From positions 4,773-68,772 of the forward strand of contig JALTFL010000004.1 in the NCBI GenBank assembly GCA_027007025.1: 64,000 nucleotides of DNA, given 5' to 3'. The notes under the pieces were generated by a model. It was not told the origin of the DNA. It searched no databases and worked only from the letters and a program-made list of their open reading frames with translations. Every line of letters starts with the position of its first letter. Position 1 is the stretch's first letter. This DNA is from Nanobdellati archaeon (lineage in GTDB: Archaea; Nanobdellota; Nanobdellia; CSSed11-243R1). The position numbers were made by a program, and so were the translations under genes. Positions 19,979 to 29,795 of the stretch are shown in pieces.

Positions 19979-20197
19979 ATGGCAAAAATAATTCATGATA
20001 AGGAAAAATGTATAGGATGTGGATACTGTGCTTCACTATGCCCGGAGCATTGGGAGATGGGAAATGATGGAAAGGCACACTTAAAAGATGGCAAAGAAAT
20101 CAAACCCAACTTGTTTGAAAAAGAAGTAAAAGACATTGGGTGCAACAAACAAGCCGAAGAACATTGCCCAACTCATGCAATCAAAATCGAGGAGTGA
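19979..20197 (+). CDS. Small 4Fe-4S ferredoxin
   Basis: CIGCGYCASLCP cluster motif plus distal C...CP; 72 aa. Confidence 0.7.
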   Translation: MAKIIHDKEKCIGCGYCASLCPEHWEMGNDGKAHLKDGKEIKPNLFEKEVKDIGCNKQAEEHCPTHAIKIEE

Positions 20198-20202
20198 AAG
20201 AA

Positions 20203-21564
20203 ATGGAAATAAATGCCGCATATGAAATTAAAGCTAAGTCTAAACTATTGATTATACTCAAAAAAAATAAAGAAGAGAGAATAGATATCCTAAATGGCAA
20301 TCAAAATGCAGAAAGAGTTGTAGAATTAAGTACTAAATTTTCGGCAGAAGATTTAAGAAAAGCAGGTGCAAAAGCCATCAGTCTCGCCAAGCAGCTCAAA
20401 GTGGATGAAATAACAATCATAATTCCAAGCATCAAAGATTATGAAATAGCAGGACAAAGCGTGTCTGAAGGAATTATATTAGCAGATTATGACTTTGACA
20501 AATTCAAATCCAAAAAGGATGACAAAAAGATAAAAAAAGTTTTGATAGTAACATCCCACCCAATTAAAGTTGAAAAGGGAATTCAAAAAGGGAAAATTAT
20601 TGGAAAATATGTATGCTGCGCAAGGGATTTGGTAAACAACCCTTCAAATCACGCAACTCCTTCCAAACTCGCAAAAAAAATAAAGGATATTTCAAAAATC
20701 AATAAACTAAAGGTAAAAGTATACAACGAAAAGGAAATGCAAAAAATGAAAATGGGTTGCCTGCTTGGCGTCGCGCAAGGCAGTAGCAAAGAACCAAAAA
20801 TGATTGTTATTGAATATTGGGGAAATAAAAAAAGCAAAGAGTTTTATTCCCTTGTTGGCAAGGGAGTCACATTTGATTCCGGCGGAATTTCGCTAAAGCC
20901 TTCTGATAGAATGAATGAAATGAAAGGGGACATGGCTGGCGGGGCTGCCGTGGCGTGTGGAATAAACGCAATTGCAAAACTCAAACTCCCCGTAAATGTT
21001 ATGGGTGTAATACCTTGCGTCGAGAATATGCCGGGTGGAAATGCAATGAAACCGGGCGACGTACTGACTTCCATGTCCGGAAAGACAGTCGAGGTTATGA
21101 ACACCGACGCGGAAGGAAGGCTTGCCCTTGCGGACGCGATTTATTTTATATCCAAAAAGAAGCCAAAGGCAATAATGGACATTGCAACTCTGACTGGCGC
21201 ATGTGTGGTTGCATTAGGTTATAACGTTGCAGGAATTATGGGCAACAATGAAAATCTCTTAAAATCGGTTTTTAACGCAGGTGCCAAAACAAATGAAAAG
21301 GTGTGGAATCTACCATTATTTGATGAGTATAGTAACGCGATAAAAAGCAACATTGCCGACATAAAGAACATAGGCTACGAAGGCGGAGCGGCGGGAGCAA
21401 TCACGGCGGCGGCGTTCCTGAAGGAATTTGTCGGTAAAACCCCTTGGGTGCACATCGATATGGCAGGAACATTTTGGGCAAAGGAAAACAAGGATTACTT
21501 GAAAAAAGGCGCGACAGGGTGGGGAGTAAGACTTTTTGTGGAATTGTTTAATTCCCTATCCTAA
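20203..21564 (+). CDS. pepA: Leucyl aminopeptidase (M17 family)
   Basis: NTDAEGRLALADA signature; start taken at internal ATG (MEINAAYE) rather than ORF-track start 20140. Confidence 0.85.
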   Translation: MEINAAYEIKAKSKLLIILKKNKEERIDILNGNQNAERVVELSTKFSAEDLRKAGAKAISLAKQLKVDEITIIIPSIKDYEIAGQSVSEGIILADYDFDKFKSKKDDKKIKKVLIVTSHPIKVEKGIQKGKIIGKYVCCARDLVNNPSNHATPSKLAKKIKDISKINKLKVKVYNEKEMQKMKMGCLLGVAQGSSKEPKMIVIEYWGNKKSKEFYSLVGKGVTFDSGGISLKPSDRMNEMKGDMAGGAAVACGINAIAKLKLPVNVMGVIPCVENMPGGNAMKPGDVLTSMSGKTVEVMNTDAEGRLALADAIYFISKKKPKAIMDIATLTGACVVALGYNVAGIMGNNENLLKSVFNAGAKTNEKVWNLPLFDEYSNAIKSNIADIKNIGYEGGAAGAITAAAFLKEFVGKTPWVHIDMAGTFWAKENKDYLKKGATGWGVRLFVELFNSLS

Positions 21565-21732
21565 TTTTTTTTCTGTATAAAGAGCATATAATCATCACCC
21601 ACATAAACAAATTAACAGGCGACACAAAACATAGAATTGCAATTAAAAGTGCGTGCCACTTATCCTTTTGAAGAAAATCAACTATGTCATCACCTAAATT
21701 TGCGCATAATCTAAACCACTTTTTCAATGAAA

Positions 21733-22656
21733 TCACCTGGAGAATTCCTTCCTTAAGATATCAACTGAAAAATATATTAATATTGCCAGCAGAGTTGCCT
21801 TGCAAACTATAAAAAAAGTTGGGATTAAGTTCAAATCAACTTGACGAGGTATATGCCCTAAGGATACATCTATTCCGTTGCCGGATACACAAACTCTTGT
21901 GTACGTAACATTGTTATCATTACCCAAATTCACATACTTTACCCCTTCTTTTTCAAAAACAAAGTCTTTCTCATTTGATGAAATTACAAGAGTGACATTT
22001 TTCTCCCTGAATAAATAATCCAAGAGTTTCCCGTCTGGTGTTTCATACTTACTCTCTGACGGATTTATTATAGGATTATTCATTATTATTACTTTATTTT
22101 TAGCATTATCTGAAAGGGATTTATTCAACCAATTATACTGGTCTATATCAATGCTCCCCAAGCTGTTGTCTAATATAATAAACAATGAATTTGAAGTATT
22201 AAACGAAAAATAAGGATTACCAAAAATCGATTTAAACATTAAATCACTCCCATATGGGCTTTCGCTGCTGCCTATCCCAAAAATAGTAGGAACATCATAT
22301 CTCCTTGCGTTGTGAACAAATTGAGAATACTCTTCGATTATACCTTCGTCTATGAAGTTTCCATCTATCACAACAAATGAGGAATCACCACTTAAATTCA
22401 AAAAATGGTTGAATATATATATATCTCCGTTAATGTTGCCTATTACGGAAAAGCAATAGTTTGAATCATTTTTTATATCACTTATCTGATGATTATTCCA
22501 ATTGTTAGCCGGAGGGATATAACCTATTACAATAATACTCACAAGAATAGCTACAACAAGCACCATCATCCATTTATTTTCCATTTTCAGCAATATTCTA
22601 AATAAGGACACAAATTTAAAAGTTATGAAACTACTAAAAAAATCCTTTCTTTCCAA
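21733..22656 (-). CDS. Hypothetical membrane-anchored protein
   Basis: N-terminal and C-terminal hydrophobic helices, N-x-S/T sequons; no confident family assignment. Confidence 0.45.
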   Translation of the reverse strand: MERKDFFSSFITFKFVSLFRILLKMENKWMMVLVVAILVSIIVIGYIPPANNWNNHQISDIKNDSNYCFSVIGNINGDIYIFNHFLNLSGDSSFVVIDGNFIDEGIIEEYSQFVHNARRYDVPTIFGIGSSESPYGSDLMFKSIFGNPYFSFNTSNSLFIILDNSLGSIDIDQYNWLNKSLSDNAKNKVIIMNNPIINPSESKYETPDGKLLDYLFREKNVTLVISSNEKDFVFEKEGVKYVNLGNDNNVTYTRVCVSGNGIDVSLGHIPRQVDLNLIPTFFIVCKATLLAILIYFSVDILRKEFSR

Positions 22657-22684
22657 GAAAAAGTGTTCGAGTCTTTTTGAAAAA

Positions 22685-22895
22685 GCCCGACAGAAAACTT
22701 TCTCTTAGTGCAGCTTCTCTTTTCTAAAGAGAAGATGCTTCTTTTGGTAAAGCTTTTCCAACACCCTTCTTAGAAAGAAGCATACGGAAGAAACCCCGCT
22801 TTCTTTCTCTTAGCCCATGTTCTCTTTCTTTTAAGAAGGAGAAAAATTTTTTCTTTTCCGGACGCGCTTTTCTTTTTTCTAAAAAGAAAAGGGTG
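22685..22895. repeat. Hairpin-repeat region 3' of tRNA-Pro, with a degenerate tRNA-3'-end-like segment
   Basis: Hairpins cttctctt-ttcta-aagagaag and cttttcttttt-tcta-aaaagaaaag; motif ctcttagtgcagcttctc; minus strand ends GTCGGGCTTTTT, resembling the tRNA-Asp 3' end. Confidence 0.5.
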
Positions 22896-22899
22896 TTAG

Positions 22900-23131
22900 T
22901 GGGGCCGCCGAGATTTGAATTCCCGGACCATGCCAACTTCTTTTCCGTTGACGCTTTTCTTTTAAGAAAAGGGTCACTCGGGACCACGTGCATTCCAGGG
23001 TTTCTTTGGTTGAGCTTTCTTTCCCAAAGAAAGATCACCCCAGGCACGCATCCTAGACCAAGTTGTCTGCTCTTTTCTCCCTCTTTTGGTAGAGCTTTTC
23101 TCGGGAGAAAAGGCCTCTAGACCACGGCCCC
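22900..23131 (-). tRNA. tRNA-Pro (anticodon GGG) with three introns (D-loop, anticodon loop 37/38, T-loop 54/55)
   Basis: Acceptor GGGGCCG/CGGCCCC, discriminator A; GTCTAG...TTGGTCTAGGAT-G-CGTGC-CTGGGG[intron]T-GCACG-TGGTC-CCGAG-T[intron]TCAAAT-CTCGG; introns contain hairpins ctttcttt-ccc-aaagaaag and cttttctc-ggg-agaaaag. Confidence 0.6.
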
Positions 23132-23163
23132 ACAGTTAAATTAAAGAACAAATTATTTTAAAA

Positions 23164-23415
23164 TTATTTTGGAACAACAATTTCAAGATGAGAAGATGTC
23201 CACCGATATAAAATTCCATTTTCGTATACAAAAACTTTATCTTCCATAACCAAGGGATTCTGTCCGTATTTCATTTTGTCTCTAATTAGCCCCATTAAAT
23301 CTGTAGAAATATAATATTCTCCATATATGGGCAGCTCTTTTTTTCTTCCGAAAATATTTACTTCAACATTGCTTCTCTTAGAGAATAAGTCGTCAATTGA
23401 AGAAGTGTTACCCAT
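23164..23415 (-). CDS. Hypothetical protein
   Basis: 83-aa ORF immediately downstream of the helicase gene. Confidence 0.35.
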   Translation of the reverse strand: MGNTSSIDDLFSKRSNVEVNIFGRKKELPIYGEYYISTDLMGLIRDKMKYGQNPLVMEDKVFVYENGILYRWTSSHLEIVVPK

Positions 23416-23417
23416 AC

Positions 23418-25562
23418 CTAAAAGTCATCAATCTTAGAATTTAAACTTTTCTTTGTTACTTGTCCCCTTATCTTTTCGGCAGTTTTTCTGCCGACAATAG
23501 ATGCAAGCTTCTCAATCGGCGCCTTCTTGACGTCAGCGAGAGTTTTTATGCCGGCGCGGTAAAGCTTCCTCGCCCTGACTCTCCCAACGCCCTTGAGAGC
23601 GAGAAGATTAAGTAATTCTTCCTTTGCGCCGTTCTTCATCCTCAGGCGCAGCTTGTTAAGCGGAAGAAGCAAGTCCTTTACTTTCATTATTCTCGCGAGC
23701 TCGTAAGCGGAGTAAAGCAGCCAATCCGAGATATAAATCCTGTTTCTCAATACTCCCGGCGTCTCCTTGTATTCTTCCAGAATGGACGCGTCCGTTTTCT
23801 CGTTTATCCAGTCAAATAGCATCAATGATGTCTTAAAGGCGCGCACCCATACTTCATAATCCAAATCCCATGGGCTCGGCTCCTCAATTTCATCCGAAAA
23901 GTCAAGGTATTTGTTTTGGAGCTCTGTGAATTCCCTCGGCGAAACCCTGAGCAAAGGAAACATCTCGTTGCACGAGCATATTGAGTGAATCCAGAACATC
24001 TCGTTTTTCCTTCCGGATTTTATTTTTTCTATCAGCAAGTGCGCGGACTCTGGGTCGATATACAGCTCGGCAACCCTCTTGCCAATTCGGGTTGGGAGCA
24101 ATTTTTCTTTGGTGGAAGAAACAAAACCATATTTCAGAAGCAGTCCAATCACCTTGTCAAGCTTGACTTCAATTTTTCCCATATCGGCGTACTGCTGGGC
24201 GAAAAACGTCTTCGAGAAAAATTTCAACAGATTTTTTCTGCTCGAAACTTCCCCGCTCGCAATCAGTCCCAAAACCTGCATCCTCAAAATCGGTTCCGCG
24301 GAAAGCTTGGAATAAATTTCCTCCGGATTTCCTTTTACATACTTTTCAAAAATTTCATCCTTTTCAATTTCGGAGCGCGCAATCATAATCGCCCTGCCTT
24401 CTCTGTCAAACTTCGGGCGTCCAGCGCGTCCAAACATCTGCTGAACTTCAAGCACGGGCAGCCAGTTGCTTCCGTAGTCAGGGGAATATCTTTTAAGGTC
24501 TCTGACGAGAACTGTGTGGCTTGGAAGATTTACCCCGAAAGCAAGAGTCGGTGTCGCGGATATCAGTTTTATCAGTCCTTTCTTGAAAGCGTCTTCAATC
24601 ATCCTTTGCTGCTTGCTAACAAGTCCGGCATGGTGAAAAGCCGTCCCGTGCTTAACACATTCACTCAAAATTTCGCATTGCCTCGTCGGCGACTCAAGAA
24701 CATGCAGAATGTCATAACTCAACTTTTCAAGCTTTTCTCTTTCTTCTTCCGTCAGATATTTGTCGACTATTTTTTTGGCGTTCTTAGCGACTGCCTCGGC
24801 GTTCCTTCTACTCGAAAGGAAAACAAGAATCTGCTTTTTCATCTCAAGAGTGTCTTTTATTATTTGGTGCTCCGGCAGTTTTGCCTCCGGAAGTTTTTTT
24901 ACCTTGTCCTCAAAGTAAAGTTTCCCGTCAAGGTAAACACCATACTCCAACTCCACAGGGCGATATGTGCTCCTCACAAGGCTGGCATTGAGCCATTCTG
25001 ACAGCTCATCCGCGTTCTGTATTGTCGCGGATAGGGCTATAAGCTGGGCGTCCTTGCAGAACTCCTTAAGTCTCGTTATCAACACTTCAAGGGTAGGTCC
25101 CCTATCGGGCTGGTCAAGCACGTGTATTTCATCTATAACTATAGTGTTTACTTCGCGCAGCCAAGGCACATTGTGCCTCATAAGGGAATCCAGCTTCTCG
25201 TTCGAGCACACAATTATATCTGCCTTTTGAAGCCACGGGTCGCTCGAGTCAAAGTCACCTATCGACAGCATAACATTTAGAAAAGGATATCTTTCCTTGA
25301 ACTCATTGTACTTCTCGGAAGCGAGAGACCTCAAGGGCGTCAGATAAATTGCCTTTCCGCCTTTTGTCAAAATATTGTTGACAATCGCAATCTCGGCGAC
25401 AAGAGTCTTACCGCTCGCGGTCGGGCTGGCTATAACTAAATTTTTGCCCTCAAGAAGTCCCTCGTTAATCGCAAGCTCCTGGGGGGGACGAAAACTTTCT
25501 ATGTCTTTTAATCTATCATAGAGTTCTTTCGGGAGTTTATGCTTTATGTGTATCGGCTTCAC
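23418..25562 (-). CDS. hel308: Ski2-like DNA helicase (Hel308/Hjm family)
   Basis: Walker A ASPTASGKT, DEIH box, C-terminal helix-hairpin-helix LLALKGVGRVRARKL. Confidence 0.8.
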   Translation of the reverse strand: MKPIHIKHKLPKELYDRLKDIESFRPPQELAINEGLLEGKNLVIASPTASGKTLVAEIAIVNNILTKGGKAIYLTPLRSLASEKYNEFKERYPFLNVMLSIGDFDSSDPWLQKADIIVCSNEKLDSLMRHNVPWLREVNTIVIDEIHVLDQPDRGPTLEVLITRLKEFCKDAQLIALSATIQNADELSEWLNASLVRSTYRPVELEYGVYLDGKLYFEDKVKKLPEAKLPEHQIIKDTLEMKKQILVFLSSRRNAEAVAKNAKKIVDKYLTEEEREKLEKLSYDILHVLESPTRQCEILSECVKHGTAFHHAGLVSKQQRMIEDAFKKGLIKLISATPTLAFGVNLPSHTVLVRDLKRYSPDYGSNWLPVLEVQQMFGRAGRPKFDREGRAIMIARSEIEKDEIFEKYVKGNPEEIYSKLSAEPILRMQVLGLIASGEVSSRKNLLKFFSKTFFAQQYADMGKIEVKLDKVIGLLLKYGFVSSTKEKLLPTRIGKRVAELYIDPESAHLLIEKIKSGRKNEMFWIHSICSCNEMFPLLRVSPREFTELQNKYLDFSDEIEEPSPWDLDYEVWVRAFKTSLMLFDWINEKTDASILEEYKETPGVLRNRIYISDWLLYSAYELARIMKVKDLLLPLNKLRLRMKNGAKEELLNLLALKGVGRVRARKLYRAGIKTLADVKKAPIEKLASIVGRKTAEKIRGQVTKKSLNSKIDDF

Positions 25563-25586
25563 AAACTAAGAAAATTTCGGCTATTT

Positions 25587-25928
25587 TTAATCTTTGGGGT
25601 ATTGTCCAATAATGCCATATTTTTCCTTAAAAGTTAACAAATCAGGATAAGGTTCAAACAACACATTTCCATGACTGATATTAACATATAAAAAACCTTC
25701 ATGAAGTCCTACGCTAACTTTGCCAACACTTACTTTCTGGTTCAAAGCGTCGATTACAAGAGTGTGCTTCCCAAATTTTAATCGGGTGTAGGATTTAATG
25801 AAATATTCTTTTTTAATTGGATTTATCAAAACGCTATCATCTTCACCAGCGATAATTACCTTTACAAAATTTTCGGGAAGTTCAACAATTGACTTGTCCG
25901 ACGAGACAATTATTTCAAGCGTATCCAA
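25587..25928 (-). CDS. Hypothetical protein
   Basis: 113-aa ORF, no recognisable motif. Confidence 0.35.
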   Translation of the reverse strand: MDTLEIIVSSDKSIVELPENFVKVIIAGEDDSVLINPIKKEYFIKSYTRLKFGKHTLVIDALNQKVSVGKVSVGLHEGFLYVNISHGNVLFEPYPDLLTFKEKYGIIGQYPKD

Positions 25929-26763
25929 CTAATTCACCTTTGATAGCAGTTGCTCTTGATAATCCATCTGAACCTTTTTCAAGGGCAAACAATTCATTTT
26001 TAACCTTTCCCCGTCTCAAATAAGATTCACTTATTGAAAGCGAACCGTTCGCAAGAACAGAGAGGTTATATATCCCTCCAAGAACAGTATCTTTATTCAA
26101 CGTAAATGGCGGAAGGACAATGGATACCACAGGCACACTTCCGTTTGCAAAATGCACTTCCTGTGTATCCACACTTATGTACTTGCTATGTGTATGCCCG
26201 CCTATAGCATAAATAACATCCACATCCGGAAATTCTTTCTTTATTTCCCCAATCAATTTTATATCATAACCCTTGTGGAAGTACAAAGGGTAGTGACGTA
26301 ATGCAACTGCAACATCGCCGATGTCTGATTCCACCACGAGATAATACATCAAATTTTCATTAATAGGATGTACAAACTTCATATCAGATTTAGGACCAAA
26401 TCTCCCATAACCCCATTTAGTTAAAGCTGGCTGTAACCTATTAAGATTCTGACTGTAAAAATTTGGAACACCCTTTTTGTAATAGCTTTTTATTACTCTA
26501 TACTCATCCCCAAGATTATCTTTAATTACGCTCATGTCATGATTCCCAAGTATTGAAACAAAAGGAATATCAATGTCACGAACTGCATCTGCAATTCTAC
26601 GCGCATATTTCCCCTCGTTGTCGCCTCCATTGATAACATAATCATAATCCCCATACATCAACAATTCCGAAAGGGTTGGAACAGCATCCTTTCTTGAAAC
26701 GCTTACATGAGTATCAGAAAAGAAGCCAATTTTTAGAAGTTCATCGAGTTCATCGCCATCCAC
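25915..26763 (-). CDS. Metallophosphoesterase (calcineurin-like)
   Basis: Motifs FFSDTH, GGDN, GNHD, GGHTH characteristic of the calcineurin-like phosphoesterase fold. Confidence 0.75.
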   Translation of the reverse strand: MDGDELDELLKIGFFSDTHVSVSRKDAVPTLSELLMYGDYDYVINGGDNEGKYARRIADAVRDIDIPFVSILGNHDMSVIKDNLGDEYRVIKSYYKKGVPNFYSQNLNRLQPALTKWGYGRFGPKSDMKFVHPINENLMYYLVVESDIGDVAVALRHYPLYFHKGYDIKLIGEIKKEFPDVDVIYAIGGHTHSKYISVDTQEVHFANGSVPVVSIVLPPFTLNKDTVLGGIYNLSVLANGSLSISESYLRRGKVKNELFALEKGSDGLSRATAIKGELVGYA

Positions 26764-26832
26764 TAAAACACCTCCTTAATTTTTATACACACTCGTTGTT
26801 TATATTTTTACCTCAAATTTTTCAAGAACAAT

Positions 26833-28092
26833 ATGGTAAGTTTTTTAATTAACAACTTGTTAAAAAATAACATGAAATCTAACTTAAAAATGGCAAAAAA
26901 AGCACAATATGCCGCAACAATTATTTTGATTGGTATGGCTGCGTTGTTTGTAATTTATACAATTTTAGCTTATCCAGAGGAAAAAGCAAGAATTCTCAAT
27001 ATAACTATTCCCAATGAAACAAATATATCTACTTCCCCTCTCGGAGAAGGAACAAGTTTAATATTCAGCAGCGGGGAAATAAGTGAAATCGGAAGGTCAT
27101 CTGGGGAAACTGTGTTCTCTTTCGGAATGCCAAATGCTTACGTAGCATACCCTGTTGATGAAAAAATTATAGATGATAGTAATATCTCCCTAAGAGCATC
27201 TGTACTAAAAGGGAGCATATCTTATTTTTCAGCAGATAATATAAACCTAGAAAACACAAAAGATGTGTTGATAAAATTAAATATAACTCAATTAAGCGGC
27301 AATCCAAAACTAATTGTGTTTCTTAACGGCTCAAGCATATTTGAGAATACCATCACAAACACAGGCGAAATAAACATTCGCGTGTCAAAAACACTGCTTG
27401 GCGAAAATAATCCCATTACATTGAAAGTCGAGCACAATGGCGCGTTTTGGACTACAAACACTCTAAATGCAAATGTCAAAATTGTACAGGAATATTACAA
27501 CCCTATCAATGTAATAGATGAAAAATATATATCTCTTGGACAAACAAATATAAAAGGAAATGAATTAAGCATATCTTTCATGCCAACTAAAGCCATTAGC
27601 GATGGAGATTTAATCGTCAAGGTCAACGGGAAAATTATATTCTCCGGAAAGGTAGAGGAAGGAAAAATATTCACCATAACCCAGAGATTTGATGAAAGCA
27701 ATATTAAGGTTGGAGATAATACAATAACATTCGAAGCAGACAAAGGCGGAGTGTATAATCTAACAAATGTCAAATTTGAATTTGTTGCAGTTACCACACC
27801 CGCAACCAACAAAATTTATTCCTTTGACATCCCAAATAAGTATTTAACATCTCAAAACGAGATTATACTTGGATTAAAAGTCGACAAGATTATAAAACCA
27901 GGATATATCTATGCAAAACTAGGAGACAAAGGACCTATTTATTACTTTGAAGACAGCGACCTCGCTTCGGGTGCGTGGTCCTATGCTGTTCTTGACAAAA
28001 CATACCTCAAAGAATTGGGGAACAAGCTTATAGTTGATTCTCCAAATGGAAGATATAGGTTAACAGGATTAGTGATAATCGCGAAGGAGTAG
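26833..28092 (+). CDS. Membrane-anchored extracellular protein (N-terminal TM, glycosylation sequon-rich)
   Basis: Hydrophobic anchor AATIILIGMAALFVIYTILA followed by many N-x-S/T sites. Confidence 0.5.
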   Translation: MVSFLINNLLKNNMKSNLKMAKKAQYAATIILIGMAALFVIYTILAYPEEKARILNITIPNETNISTSPLGEGTSLIFSSGEISEIGRSSGETVFSFGMPNAYVAYPVDEKIIDDSNISLRASVLKGSISYFSADNINLENTKDVLIKLNITQLSGNPKLIVFLNGSSIFENTITNTGEINIRVSKTLLGENNPITLKVEHNGAFWTTNTLNANVKIVQEYYNPINVIDEKYISLGQTNIKGNELSISFMPTKAISDGDLIVKVNGKIIFSGKVEEGKIFTITQRFDESNIKVGDNTITFEADKGGVYNLTNVKFEFVAVTTPATNKIYSFDIPNKYLTSQNEIILGLKVDKIIKPGYIYAKLGDKGPIYYFEDSDLASGAWSYAVLDKTYLKELGNKLIVDSPNGRYRLTGLVIIAKE

Positions 28093-28121
28093 AAGTATTA
28101 ATTTAAATTTTTTGTATACTT

Positions 28122-29756
28122 ATGAATATAAAGTCATCTCTTGCCATATTAACCACCTGGATAAAAGAAAATGGAGCAAAAGAAGAAATTTTAATAAGTC
28201 AATTAATTGACAATCAAGGCACAGTTAAAGAAGTTAAGGATGCAGCAAGATTTCTAAAAGAATATATCAACAATTTAGTAAATGCAGCTAATATTGTTTG
28301 TAAAGAAATAAAATTAAATAAAACCGCCAAAGTAAAAAAAGTTTATATAAATACAATAGAAGGTGAGTATGCATACTTCAATATAATAACTGGGAAGTTG
28401 TCTCTAAATATATACTTATTATATGAAGGATTATTATCAAAAGGACTATTTTTTATCCCATTTACAATATTCCATGAGATTGGACATTCTCTCCAAAAAG
28501 AGTTATTAAAAACAATAGAATCCACCAAAGGATACTCAGAAAAGGCAGTAAAATTACGAAAAGATGAGCTCGAGAACACATATAGGATAATCATAAGTAA
28601 TTTTAATGGGTTATACGAAATATTTGGGACTATTTTCCATAAATTACCTGAAGACAGCAGGCAATCAAGCCAAATAAAAGAAATCATTTCCTTAATTGTT
28701 GAGGATGTAAAATATTTTGAAGAAACTATGAATAATATGAATTATATATTCCCCGATATAAAAGGATTGAATCAAATAAAAAAAATTATCAATGAAATGA
28801 TAAAAACATTAGATTCAATTAAGGATTACTTAAATGAGGTAATTGATACAAACAATTTATCTGACATCCAAAAGATAAAAGGCAGAATTAACAAATATTT
28901 CACTGCGCTGCACATATACATAAATACATTTTATAACATCATCTCAGACAGAGAATTTATCGAATTGATGTATGCAATATCATTTTCAAACATATTGCTA
29001 GACTCATATGCCGACTTCTTTGCGATAGTCGCCCTCTCAGAATTATTCAGAGGAGAACCGATAGGCCAATTTTATTTAAGGTTTAGTCAATACAAAAAAT
29101 ACACAAGCAAAGCGTATCCACTTAGAGCTCTTATTTTATATGATAATCCCTCATTTATCAAAAAAGAATTAATCACTACTTTATCTATTGGGATAACGTC
29201 TAAAAAAATTGGACAGATATACAGAAAATTGCTAAAGTTAGAAGGATATCTTAAAAAGTACAGTAAATTAACAGAAGAAGAAAAGAATGTATTGGAGGAA
29301 GATTTTGGAAAATTTTTAAATGAATTGGACAAAGATAAGAATTACATTGTAAATTCACTGGAAGAAATTACAAATATAATTTTTGAATATTACAACAAGT
29401 TAATAAGCTCACTCGAAGGAAAGCACATAGGATTCACTAACTTGAGTAGTGTACATCACAGAATTCTTAGCGAGATAAGTTCTCTAAAAGCTTCAAAAGG
29501 AATATCTAATGAAAGCATTAAAAGAATAATGATTGAATTATTAAATGCAGATGAAGTTGCAGGAAACATTTTTGAATCAATTGAAAAACATGAAAGTAAA
29601 GAAAAAGTCAATGAAATATTATCAAAATTTGGGGCTGTGGATGCAGATTACAACAAGTATATCAACAAACTAAAAGATGTTTATCATAAAATTGATAAGA
29701 TGGATATAAATAGATTAATCAAGGAAATTAACATTCTTAAAAACATTGTTGAATAA
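28122..29756 (+). CDS. Hypothetical protein with HEIGH (HExxH) zinc-metallopeptidase-like motif
   Basis: FHEIGHSLQKE motif; remainder is helical and low-complexity; no signal peptide seen. Confidence 0.45.
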   Translation: MNIKSSLAILTTWIKENGAKEEILISQLIDNQGTVKEVKDAARFLKEYINNLVNAANIVCKEIKLNKTAKVKKVYINTIEGEYAYFNIITGKLSLNIYLLYEGLLSKGLFFIPFTIFHEIGHSLQKELLKTIESTKGYSEKAVKLRKDELENTYRIIISNFNGLYEIFGTIFHKLPEDSRQSSQIKEIISLIVEDVKYFEETMNNMNYIFPDIKGLNQIKKIINEMIKTLDSIKDYLNEVIDTNNLSDIQKIKGRINKYFTALHIYINTFYNIISDREFIELMYAISFSNILLDSYADFFAIVALSELFRGEPIGQFYLRFSQYKKYTSKAYPLRALILYDNPSFIKKELITTLSIGITSKKIGQIYRKLLKLEGYLKKYSKLTEEEKNVLEEDFGKFLNELDKDKNYIVNSLEEITNIIFEYYNKLISSLEGKHIGFTNLSSVHHRILSEISSLKASKGISNESIKRIMIELLNADEVAGNIFESIEKHESKEKVNEILSKFGAVDADYNKYINKLKDVYHKIDKMDINRLIKEINILKNIVE

Positions 29757-29795
29757 AACTTTTTAAATCAAAACAACCTTTAATTTTCGGTATAA

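Noticed and set aside
21548-21736. 62-aa ORF on the minus strand downstream of the membrane protein gene
   Set aside because: Overlaps the 3' end of the pepA gene on the opposite strand and has no supporting motif; may be a small membrane protein but the evidence is too weak to annotate
160-23112. Possible CRISPR array suggested by the many short palindromes
   Set aside because: The repeats are heterogeneous hairpins with variable spacing and orientation, not constant-length direct repeats separated by unique spacers; no cas genes are nearby
22724-23120. ORFs 22724..23047 (minus) and 22893..23120 (plus)
   Set aside because: Overlap the tRNA-Pro gene and hairpin-repeat spacer; low-complexity translations
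23985-25001. 338-aa ORF on the plus strand
   Set aside because: Antisense to the helicase gene, whose own frame carries Walker A, DEIH and HhH motifs; the antisense translation is low-complexity
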